In this document: positions 26,200 through 36,800 of the stretch, piece by piece
How positions within the stretch are numbered: the stretch's first letter is position 1
Layout: the number at the start of each line of letters is the position of its first letter
Assembly: GCF_001194135.2 (NCBI RefSeq)
Contig: NC_068986.1
Location: forward strand, 44,430,213-44,494,212
Length of the DNA stretch: 64,000 nucleotides
Direction of reading: 5' to 3'
Source: Octopus bimaculoides
Taxonomy: Eukaryota
Notes under the pieces: generated by a model
Databases searched by the model: none
The model's input: only the letters and a program-made list of their open reading frames with translations
What the model was told of the DNA's origin: nothing
Program-made: the position numbers and the translations under genes

Positions 26200-26510
26200 A
26201 TGAAACACGGCGGAGGTAAAGAATACGGGTAGAGATGGACTATATGTAATCGTACACCACCCGTTTTCGGCGCAACAAAAACCCTAACCCTAAATATCGA
26301 CGTACGTATTCTTTACTTTCGCCTGAAACACTATAAATGAAGCATACATCTACGTGGCAACACAAAACAGTGAAAATCAAAATACCACAACTGTAGCATT
26401 ACTGGTTTTGCATACGTTGAAACGTTTCAGAAGCAAAATGTAAAACCAAAACGATCACGGTGACATGTACTTAATATGACATAACTACAGAGAACTCTGT
26501 AGTTATGCCC
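26200..26510 (+). mobile_element. Putative non-autonomous Helitron2/Helentron-like element
   Basis: Short accctaaccctaa tract (26280) and a perfect terminal palindrome cataactacagag-aa-ctctgtagttatg (26480-26507); the family assignment is inference. Confidence 0.35.
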
Positions 26511-26936
26511 TTAATATTTGTGCATATATTGCTCAGTATTGTGAATATACTGACTGTAACAAATCTAAAATTTTTAGATGTCTAACCGCCATAGTAAGAA
26601 TAACGCGAAGACGTTCCAGTGTGTAAACAGGATGAGAGGATGGCGTCACTACAAGTGTGACCATCACTTCAATACATCGTTCACCATAAATTGTTTACCG
26701 CTCATAATTCCTATTAAAGATACGACAGTTTCTATTATACTCAGACGATTGTTTTAGTTGGATCGGCGAGTTTATCTCTTTCAAATGAACTAACTAAATG
26801 AGAATACAAATTAATATGGAGATATTGAAATGCAAATAATAGTGATAATAGATATTACTGCAGATATTGTCAAACACGTGTTTCATTGTAGCAATGAGTG
26901 TGAGACATGAAATGTAAAGTCTGAATATAAACTTAC

Positions 26937-27032
26937 ATCCTTTCGTCTGGAAGGTTTCAATTTTCGACCAGGTAATTTCGTAACTTTATGACCCTTCTTC
27001 AGGCCAATGGCCAAATCGCAACGAATTACCAT
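26937..27032 (-). CDS. RPL36: 60S ribosomal protein L36, coding exon 1
   Basis: tttcag|aaATG acceptor with 2 nt of UTR; MVIRCDLAIGLKKGHKVTKLPGRKLKPSRRKD|gtaagt; matches the eL36 GL.KGHKVTK motif; spliced CDS is 345 nt = 114 aa plus stop. Confidence 0.95.
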
Positions 27033-27199
27033 TTCTGAAAAGGTAAAAAAATATATATAAGCGTGGTTAATTAAAGCTATGGTATGTGGTATAATAAATG
27101 TTAACACTTAAACTAAAATTATAATCAACATCTACATTAACAGCAGCGAATTAGCAATTATTTTGAAATAAATTAAACATAATTAAAACGTGAGATTAC

Positions 27200-27264
27200 T
27201 TGCGATTAGATTGGAGAGAAAAATTCACTACGCAAACAGTATTTTTAAGATGGCTGAAAGGAAG
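27200..27264 (-). promoter_or_regulatory. RPL36: Probable non-coding exon 1 of RPL36 with TCT/5'-TOP start and YY1 site
   Basis: Minus strand cttcctttcagccatctt (27264-27247): a pyrimidine tract followed by the GCCATCTT YY1 core; donor cgcaa|gtaatc at 27199. Confidence 0.6.
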
Positions 27265-27749
27265 TAATTTATGGAAAACGTTAAAGAGTTCTTTCTATAA
27301 GTTATTTACAGTTATCTGCCCTTTGATATTCAATTTTTCATTGCAAAGAAAAATCGTCTTCTCTGCTCTTATCCCTTCAGAATTGACAAATTTAAACATA
27401 ATTCAAATACTAACATTAGTTCAATCTACTATAACTGTCCCAAAATTTGAGACTTTATATTTCTGTTAGAAATTATATTGACGTTTAGCACCAGGTCAGC
27501 CTTACTTGAACAGACATGATTAAAGACTTTCTAACCGTGACTATCCCGTTGCTTTAACACAGTGTATGTAGCATTACACGCAATACACCCTTTCTTTTCT
27601 CCTAAGAGAAAACGGTGTTAGGTGGTAAAGATTTTGCTGCTATTTCTAGAAAGTAGAGTAACTACGTAGAGGTACCAATGATCATTCATTTTACGGTGAT
27701 GAATTCAAAAGATAATACAATCTAAAACGAGAATTATTTCACTTTATTT

Positions 27750-28390
27750 ACGCGGTAACTAACCTTTGAATGGAAGCATGCAAAGTACCAGAATCTTTTG
27801 GAAGGTTGCAGAGAGAAAGATTGGCAGGCATGGCTATTCCAAGTTGAAGTTGGCTGCAGAGGATTCACTGCCCAGTCAGTATGGAGAATGCTCGCAGCCA
27901 CTAAAATAAAAGGAAAAAAGAGAAAAAGTAGCTCTGTACAGGATGGGAAAGACAACAGAAGGAGTCTCTTGCTGGTTATAGAGCAGTGGTTTCCAAACTT
28001 TTTGGGAGCTGTCACCCTCTTGGCACCCAGGCTACATTCCTAGCACCCTCCTCCCAACTTACCACCACAAATATAGACCTCTTTCTGAAGCAAATTCAAA
28101 ACAGCTGCATTTCACAAATAAAACTTAACCTAATTAACCTATTATTTTGTTGTTTTTGATTACCCCATTATCACCCCACTTTTCTTCAATGCCCCCTTGG
28201 AACTTTCTACCGCCCTTAGGAGGCAGTACCACCCACTTTGGGAACCACTGTTATAGAGTAAGAGAGAGTAGTTAAGCTGCAAACCAGGAAGTGATATGAG
28301 CAGTGATTTAGCCAACACTGGTGACCCAATTGAGGGAGGATGTTATAGTTCAGGGTCAAAACACGTTGAATACTGTCTGATGATATCAAT
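27750..28390 (+). mobile_element. RLE-type non-LTR retrotransposon (HERO-like) 3' fragment, interrupted by a MITE
   Basis: GCREKDWQAWLFQVEVGCRGFTAQSVWRML..KIKGKKR; the VEVGCRGF motif is typical of this restriction-like endonuclease C-terminus. Confidence 0.7.
27984..28250. mobile_element. hAT MITE, 267 bp
   Basis: TIRs cagtggtttccaaa / tttgggaaccactg; 8-bp TSD ttatagag at 27976-27983 and 28251-28258. Confidence 0.92.
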
Positions 28391-28639
28391 TCTTCCTGGT
28401 CAAAAACTGCATTCACCAAAGGTGAAGATAAAGCATTTCCTTTTTAGATGTAATCATTGTCAAATTACGTCTATATGTTTGGGGATACAAAAAGGAAAAT
28501 AGAACTCAAAACATGAGTGTGTGTGTGTATGTATATATATTTTTTATTAATAATCGACAGAAGTGCCAACACACAAAACTCTTAGTCTTTGAGTCACTCT
28601 GTAATTTCTGCCAATTATTAATAAAATATACATATATAT

Positions 28640-28930
28640 GCTCATGGCGAAGAGATAAGGTGCAAGCGTATTGCCTTGTAATACTCCGGCTTTGACTTCA
28701 AAGTATTCTGTCTCTCCACCAAGAGTGATCATTTTTGCTCTGGTGTTCTCATACAGCTTACTAATTGCTCTCAGAATTCTTGGTGGAATATCATATGCTT
28801 TAAGTATCTTCATCATCATTTCTCTATGTACCGAATCAAAAACCTTTTTAAAGTCTACATAGATAATGATAGCCTTCCTGTTATGGCTCTTAACTCTCTC
28901 TATCAGTCTTCTGGCAACTGAAGGAAGATG
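28640..28930 (-). mobile_element. LINE reverse transcriptase fragment (RTE-X-like)
   Basis: RRLIERVKSHNRKAIIIYVDFKKVFDSVHREMMMKILKAYDIPP...GETEYFEVKAGVLQGNTLAPYLF. Confidence 0.9.
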
Positions 28931-30132
28931 GAATTCCATACTCAATATCATGGAAAATCTTCCACTGTCTGGGTCCGTACATCAATAGAATGAAACATTG
29001 CAAGTTATGTGTAACCGAACACATGGAAATCCTTGTGTGATGGAAATATTTGTGTGATGGATGGTTTCTTTTGTTCTTTAACTCCAGTTCAGTCCTGATT
29101 GAGCAGGCCTAATACAGTATTGAATCACTTATTTGGCTTCCAGAAATACTGTGCAATATTCTGTACCCTGCATTGAGGAAACAGGCCCTGTTTTGAAGCT
29201 GGTTAATTTGCATGTGGTGTGTTAAAATAATTTAATACATTACCTTTTTTAAGTGGATTGTTGAAAATTAAACATGCTCTGCTTTAAAGTGTATAAATTT
29301 GTACCTGCATCTGTTAAATAAAATTGAAGTTTTAACTTTTTCTTCATTTAATTTTTATCTTAGAAATATAATACGGTGTACATAGTACAATATGATATAT
29401 TTTTAAAATTTCAAGTGGATTAATAAATATCAAACAGACTCTGCTTTCTAAGTGTATTAATTCGAATTTCTTAAATGCAGTTTGGTTCTTTACTTTTCAT
29501 AGTTTATTTTATATTTTAGGTTTATTCTTAAGCTGTCTACTGAAAATCCAGAAACCCAGGCCAATTCCGGTCTAAAGCTTGCCAAATATTTGGTCTGGTA
29601 CTCTATAAAAGGCATTCCAGTGATTTCTTTCTAGCATTACATTTCCATGTCTACATTATACAATGTCTCCCTTCCTTTTCATGTCAGTAGCATGCAGTTA
29701 CGCTGGGACACAAACCCGGGAAGGTTTAGTCTAGCAAATCTTTATATTGGTAAAATTTAGAAAAACATTTTTTCAGAAGCATTTTGTGTCATTCTTTATA
29801 TCTGCTGCCGAGACTTCATTACCACTAATTTCTATAACTATAGCATTTTCACTTATTCTTTTCAATCCTATGTAATCCACACTCTCGAAAATATATTTCT
29901 GCAAAATGTTATCGAAAAATATGGGTAAAGAAAGAAACAGCAAAAAAAAAGTTATAAGGAAATGTGAATTTTCCGAAACTCCTCTCCCAACCCTTGGAAA
30001 AACTTTTTCACAACAAATTCAGATATATAGAAAATTTCATTAAAAAATATCCATTTGGCTGGAAGTTATGAGGAAACAAAATCGGATGGCAGTAGTGAGG
30101 GGGGGGGGTACACGTCTTGGTATGTCACATAT

Positions 30133-30522
30133 GTGTGTGTTGTTGGCACTCCGTCGCTTACGACGTCGAGGGTTCCAGTTGATCCGATCAATGGAACAGC
30201 CTGCTCGTGAAATTAACGTGCAAGTGGCTGAGCACTCCACAGACACGTGTACTCTTAACGTAGTTCTCGGGGAGATTCAGCGTGACACAGTGTGACAAGG
30301 CTGACCCTTTGAATTACAGGTACAACAGAAACAGGAAGTAAGAGTGAGAGAATGTTGTGGTGGAAGAGTACAGCAGGGTTCGTCACCATCCCCTGCCGGA
30401 GCCTTGTAGAGCTTTAGGTGTTTTCGCTCAATAAACACTCCCAACGCCCGGTCTGGGAATCGAAACCACGATCCTACGACCGCGAGTCCGCTGCCTTAAC
30501 CACTGGGCAATTGTGCCTCCAC
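30133..30522 (-). mobile_element. Full-length young tRNA-derived SINE
   Basis: Head gcccagtggttaaggc...gtttcgattccc (A and B boxes); CAA/CA tail; 11-bp TSD atgtcacatat (30122-30132 and 30523-30533); sister copy at 49043-49420. Confidence 0.92.
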
Positions 30523-30845
30523 ATGTCACATATATAATGCCCATATACTGCATACTGCGATAACCAATAAAATAGAAATAAAATTTTAAGATTTATCCTT
30601 TCTGTGCGAACCGGTACCAAATGATCCAAAGCCCGGTGGTTGGGGACACCTGTTTAGTGGAGGATATAGGGTTGGCTGAGGAAGGTGTTATTTAAAGGGA
30701 TGTCAACAACTAAGGGAGATAATTTACGAAACTTCTTCCTATTCTCGAACCGGACCTATTTTCTGTTGACGGAATATCGCGGTTATTTTTAAAAAGATAT
30801 GAAACCCCAACACTATATTGGATACGCTTAACAATTAAAGTAATC

Positions 30846-30892
30846 ATGAGTGGACGTTTATTAAACCGTTCTGCAAAATCCTCACGGTTTTC
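30846..30892 (+). CDS. CENP-U-like gene exon 1
   Basis: ATG AGT GGA...MSGRLLNRSAKSSRF(S), strong gtaagt donor, phase 2 matches the next exon; lies in CpG-containing sequence. Confidence 0.65.
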
Positions 30893-33800
30893 GTAAGTTT
30901 ATGAGAAGTTTTTTTTTTTTAAAGTATTCATTTTATGTAATGGAATTCAAATTAAAGATAAAAAGTATAGAGATTTCACGGCAGTTGTATTGTTTTCAAC
31001 TGTGTATCATGTTATAGGAATATTAATTATGACGATATTTACTTAATACTTAAATGTACTTAAAGGTTTAACTATGTTTCGAATATACAGGTAACGATTC
31101 GAAACAGGAAGGTGATTGTACCTAAAATTTGTTTCTGCGATCCAGAAATGTTTTGATATATTATCACTGAATTGACTATTGTTCATTTAGTTGAACACTT
31201 TCTTTGAATTCTAGTAATTATGTGAAATAATAATAATAATAATTAATTCGTTTTATTGGCCAGAAGGGCTAATATCAATCAAAAACATGTAAGGACAAAG
31301 ACTGGCCAAAAGAATAAGTGAAAATGCTATAGTTATAGAAATAATAATAATAATAAGATGGCTATAAATAGTGTAATAGGTGTAATAACAAACTATTGTT
31401 AATAACAAACTAACGCAAACATTTTTAATTTCCATTAAATCTTCCTTATCTTTTTCTTGTACATTCGAATAAGATACCCATGTTTATAATACGATGATAA
31501 TACGAACAAGATTTCCAGTGCTTCAGACCGATTTCTATAGGGTTCGGATTATCTTTGGTTCTGGCAGAATCGTAAGCGTTCCGGGCAAAATGCTTAGTGG
31601 CATTTCGTCCGTGTTTACGAGTTCAAATTCCGTCGAGGTCGACTTTGCCTTTCAGCATTTTGGGGGTCGATAAAATAAATATCAATTGATTATTGGGGAC
31701 GATGTTATCGACTTACTCCTCACTCCGAAATTGTTGACCTTGTGCCAAAATTTGAAACCATTGAAACCTCAATCAGTGTTGCTTATAATAAATCATCAAA
31801 TTTCATTTACTGCATGCGAATGTGACGAGTTGGCAGAATCGTTATAGCGTCGGAAAAACCTTCTTTATGTTATTTATTCCGGTCCATTTATGTGATGAGT
31901 TGAAATCTTTCCCTTCATTAACTTTACTTTTCATCTTTTCGAGGTCGATAAAATAAAGTACCAGTCAAGTATTGTTGGTCGATGGTATCTGATAAATCCT
32001 TCCCTAGACCTTAAGTCTAAATTAAAAATCAAAATGAATTGGACTTCCAGTATTAGTTTAGAAATATCTATGTGTCGATCATCAAGTCCGGAATTCTCGC
32101 ATATTATAATCTTACACTATCTCTCTCTTTTACTTGTTTCAGTCATTTGACTGCTGCCATGCTGGAGCACCGCCTTTAGTCGAGAAAATCGACCCCAGGA
32201 CTTATTCTTTGGAAGCCTAGTACTTATTCTATCGGACTCTTTTGCCGAACCGCTAAGTTATGGGGACGTAAACACACCAGCATCGGTTGTCAAGCGATGG
32301 GGTGGGGGACAAACACAGACACACAAACACGCATATATATATATACATATACACGATGGGCTTCTTTCAGTTTCCGTCTACTAAATCCACTCACAAGGCT
32401 TTGGTCGGCCCGAGGCTATAGTAGAAGACACTTGCCGAACGTGCCACGCAATGGGGCTGAACCCGGAACCATGTGNNNNNNNNNNNNNNNNNNNNNNNNN
32501 NNNNNNNNNNNNNNNNNNNNNNNNNNNNNNNNNNNNNNNNNNNNNNNNNNNNNNNNNNNNNNNNNNNNNNNNNNNNNNNNNNNNNNNNNNNNNNNNNNNN
32601 NNNNNNNNNNNNNNNNNNNNNNNNNNNNNNNNNNNNNNNNNNNNNNNNNNNNNNNNNNNNNNNNNNNNNNNNNNNNNNNNNNNNNNNNNNNNNNNNNNNN
32701 NNNNNNNNNNNNNNNNNNNNNNNNNNNNNNNNNNNNNNNNNNNNNNNNNNNNNNNNNNNNNNNNNNNNNNNNNNNNNNNNNNNNNNNNNNNNNNNNNNNN
32801 NNNNNNNNNNNNNNNNNNNNNNNNNNNNNNNNNNNNNNNNNNNNNNNNNNNNNNNNNNNNNNNNNNNNNNNNNNNNNNNNNNNNNNNNNNNNNNNNNNNN
32901 NNNNNNNNNNNNNNNNNNNNNNNNNNNNNNNNNNNNNNNNNNNNNNNNNNNNNNNNNNNNNNNNNNNNNNNNNNNNNNNNNNNNNNNNNNNNNNNNNNNN
33001 NNNNNNNNNNNNNNNNNNNNNNNNNNNNNNNNNNNNNNNNNNNNNNNNNNNNNNNNNNNNNNNNNNNNNNNNNNNNNNNNNNNNNNNNNNNNNNNNNNNN
33101 NNNNNNNNNNNNNNNNNNNNNNNNNNNNNNNNNNNNNNNNNNNNNNNNNNNNNNNNNNNNNNNNNNNNNNNNNNNNNNNNNNNNNNNNNNNNNNNNNNNN
33201 NNNNNNNNNNNNNNNNNNNNNNNNNNNNNNNNNNNNNNNNNNNNNNNNNNNNNNNNNNNNNNNNNNNNNTGGCTGAAGCATATTGGCAGTAGGGTTAGGG
33301 TTAGGCAGTAGCTAATAAACCTTTCATACAGTTCAGGCAGATGTTAACGAAATAAACACGCGTGAAAGAAAATGAAAAAAGCAAATGTTGTACACATACA
33401 GTTCAGGCAGATGTTAACGAAATTATATTAAAAGGAAAACAAACACACGTGTGTTGCCTCTCTGCAAAATGTCAGAAGTAATGGAGATTAAATACGCTTT
33501 ACACTGCTTAAACTGGTAAAGGAGTAACTGTAAACAGCTGAATACTTGTCAGTGATTGGTTGAAATTATCGAAATAAGACAATTTTTTACATGAAATAAC
33601 TTTGAATACAAAAATTTTTTTCTGTTCTGTAACACAAAATAGATAAGTATGTGAAGTTTGAAAGTCTTTCTGTACCAAAAACACTACATAAAACATAAAT
33701 GAAAACTGGTGCCCCCGTTTTGAACTAGATCCCCGTTTATTCATAAAATATATTTTTCAACGAAATGTGGCGGTCCTATATAACTCCAGGAAAACATTCA

Positions 33801-36800
33801 TATCTATCTCTTTATACACACATCTATATGCTTATTGAATTTAACATTTTGAAAACGTGGTTTCTTGCATATTCGGAATCTCCGTCATGCAAAACAGGAA
33901 AAAAAAATTGCGTAAAAAGTTCAAAATTTCGAGGTTGCACGGGATTAACAACAAATGGAATAGCTATACGAATCGTGCAGTATTATTTGAGTCACTCTTT
34001 AGGTACTATATCGACAACCTGTTGGTTTTCGAAACTGAACATAACTACACAAGTGTGCCCCGTCAACTTTGTTTCTGAAAATGGATATCTTTTTGGTAAA
34101 ATTGTCTTCAAATACATTTCAGATGGTATAGATTATGGTTATATCGGAAATTGTTGCAAAAACTGTTTTGAAGAGGTCGGGGCGAAAGGAGTTTCGGATA
34201 ATTCATACTGTTCGACTTTGTTTTCTCATGTTTTGATGCTGTAGGTTATAAATATTGAAAACAATGTACTTTTGAAGACTATTTCATCCTTTCCCCTCTG
34301 GAACTCGGTAAATGAATATTTTTTTTTTAACATTATGAAATTTTCCAGGCCTGTAACATTATCAAACACCCACACCAACAAATTCATCGCTGATAATTTT
34401 TTGCGGAGTTTCCAATCAGGACGCCCACTAAGTTGGATCTTCTCTCTTTTAACGATGGGATGGGTGTTTCCATTTCTTTTTTACTACTGTCTACAAAATG
34501 ATGGGAAGAAGCTTTTTACAAAAAAAAATTTTGCGAAAAGTTTTGATTTTTTTTTTGCACTCCCAATTTCAGTAAAAAAAAAAAAAAAAAAGATTTGAAA
34601 ATATTTTCAGAAGGAAAGGTGTGAGATTTAATTATTTTTTTGTTTTCAAGTTATGCCGGTTTTTCTGGAAAATTTTTTTTTTCATTATAATTGCAATCTA
34701 TCAAAACGTATGAGGAAACAAAAGTCGAGGTACGTCCGATATCCCATCCCCCCTTGCCATTTTTTTCACAACAAATTTCAATNNNNNNNNNNNNNNNNNN
34801 NNNNNNNNNNNNNNNNNNNNNNNNNNNNNNNNNNNNNNNNNNNNNNNNNNNNNNNNNNNNNNNNNNNNNNNNNNNNNNNNNNNNNNNNNNNNNNNNNNNN
34901 NNNNNNNNNNNNNNNNNNNNNNNNNNNNNNNNNNNNNNNNNNNNNNNNNNNNNNNNNNNNNNNNNNNNNNNNNNNNNNNNNNNNNNNNNNNNNNNNNNNN
35001 NNNNNNNNNNNNNNNNNNNNNNNNNNNNNNNNNNNNNNNNNNNNNNNNNNNNNNNNNNNNNNNNNNNNNNNNNNNNNNNNNNNNNNNNNNNNNNNNNNNN
35101 NNNNNNNNNNNNNNNNNNNNNNNNNNNNNNNNNNNNNNNNNNNNNNNNNNNNNNNNNNNNNNNNNNNNNNNNNNNNNNNNNNNNNNNNNNNNNNNNNNNN
35201 NNNNNNNNNNNNNNNNNNNNNNNNNNNNNNNNNNNNNNNNNNNNNNNNNNNNNNNNNNNNNNNNNNNNNNNNNNNNNNNNNNNNNNNNNNNNNNNNNNNN
35301 NNNNNNNNNNNNNNNNNNNNNNNNNNNNNNNNNNNNNNNNNNNNNNNNNNNNNNNNNNNNNNNNNNNNNNNNNNNNNNNNNNNNNNNNNNNNNNNNNNNN
35401 NNNNNNNNNNNNNNNNNNNNNNNNNNNNNNNNNNNNNNNNNNNNNNNNNNNNNNNNNNNNNNNNNNNNNNNNNNNNNNNCATATTAAAAGGGGTCAGTGG
35501 GAAAACTCATTTAAATAAAAGGGTTGGGAGCCACTGGGTTAGAACATCATGCAAAATGCCTTGTGGTGTTTATTCTTGCTCTTTATTTTCTGAGTTCAAA
35601 ATTCCACAGATGTCAACTTTGCTTTTATCCTTTTGGGAATATAATAAAGTACCAGTCATGTACTAGGGGTGGGGTGGAGGGTGGGGGTGATGTAATTGAT
35701 TAACCTCCTTCTCTAAAATTGCTGGTCTTGTCCCAAAATTTGAAACCATTATAAAATTGCAGCTCTGTGTTATGAATTCAAATATCACCAAGATCAACTT
35801 TGCCTTTTATCCTTTAAAAGTCAATAAAATAGGTACCAGTTGAGCTCTGGGGTTGATGTAATTAACTAGCATCCTGCCCCAAAATTTCAGGCCTTGTGCC
35901 TACTGTAGAAAGGATTATTATTATTATTATTATTATTGAGGTTGTGAGCTGGTAGAATTGTTAGTATGCCAGGTAACATGCTTAGCAGTATTTCATCTGT
36001 CCTTACATTCTGAGTTCAAATTCTGCCATGGTTGACTTTGCCTTCATCCTTTCAGGGTCGATAAAATAAATATCAGTTGAGTACTGGGGTTGATGTAATC
36101 GACTAGCCTCTCCCCCAAAATTTCAGGCCTTGTGCATATAGTAGAAAAGATTATTATTATTAAGAGAGTATTGTAGTTCGCTTGAAGCATTGTGTATTGT
36201 TTGTAAAGAATAAAAAGTTTAGAATGGTACAACAATGCACTAAAGAACAAAAAAAAACAACAAAAAACAAAAACGGGACTATATACCTGTTGTAATTTGG
36301 TTATTTATAGTCCGATGATATTTCGGAATTACAATTCCTTCTTCAGATCTTCTTAGCTGGAGTCTCTGCTAAACTTTTTATTCTTTATTATTATTATTAT
36401 GTTTTTTCTTCTTTCAGTTTTGTTTCTATTTTTTTGCTGACTGTCTTCCAGAGACCTAGGGCAAAGAAAATCACTGTATACATTGATAGGCCATTAGAAT
36501 AAGCACACCAGATTGTTATTTACAAAGTTATGTGAAAGAAAAAAATGACATGGGTTGTAATCATTCTCACAGCAACAATATTCTTCTCAATATGTGTGAT
36601 GTACCAGTTAAAACAATCTTTTGCACTTATTGCATGGATGGCAAGTCAAGGATCTGAAAGTGAAGGAGTAAGGATCTATTAAGATACTAGATACGGTTGA
36701 TGTTCAACTTGACCTTCTATTATAAGTTGATGCCTGCAGAGAAGGATTTGTGTGAAGTGTACTAGGTATTTGGTGATACATAGCATAAATGATGGGAGGA

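Noticed and set aside
26090-26200. Two GC-rich hairpins (ttcgccgac/gttggcgaa and ctgca/tgcag) resembling an H/ACA RNA
   Set aside because: H- and ACA-like boxes appear only on the strand antisense to the host gene and are wrongly spaced
30420-30522. tRNA-like sequence with A and B boxes (also 49360-49420)
   Set aside because: It is the head of a SINE with a TSD and a 300-bp non-tRNA body, not a tRNA gene
32036-32095. Inverted repeat ggactt/aagtcc enclosing TGATGA, as a decayed hammerhead or snoRNA
   Set aside because: Lacks both the C3 and the GAAA core nucleotides, and has no D box
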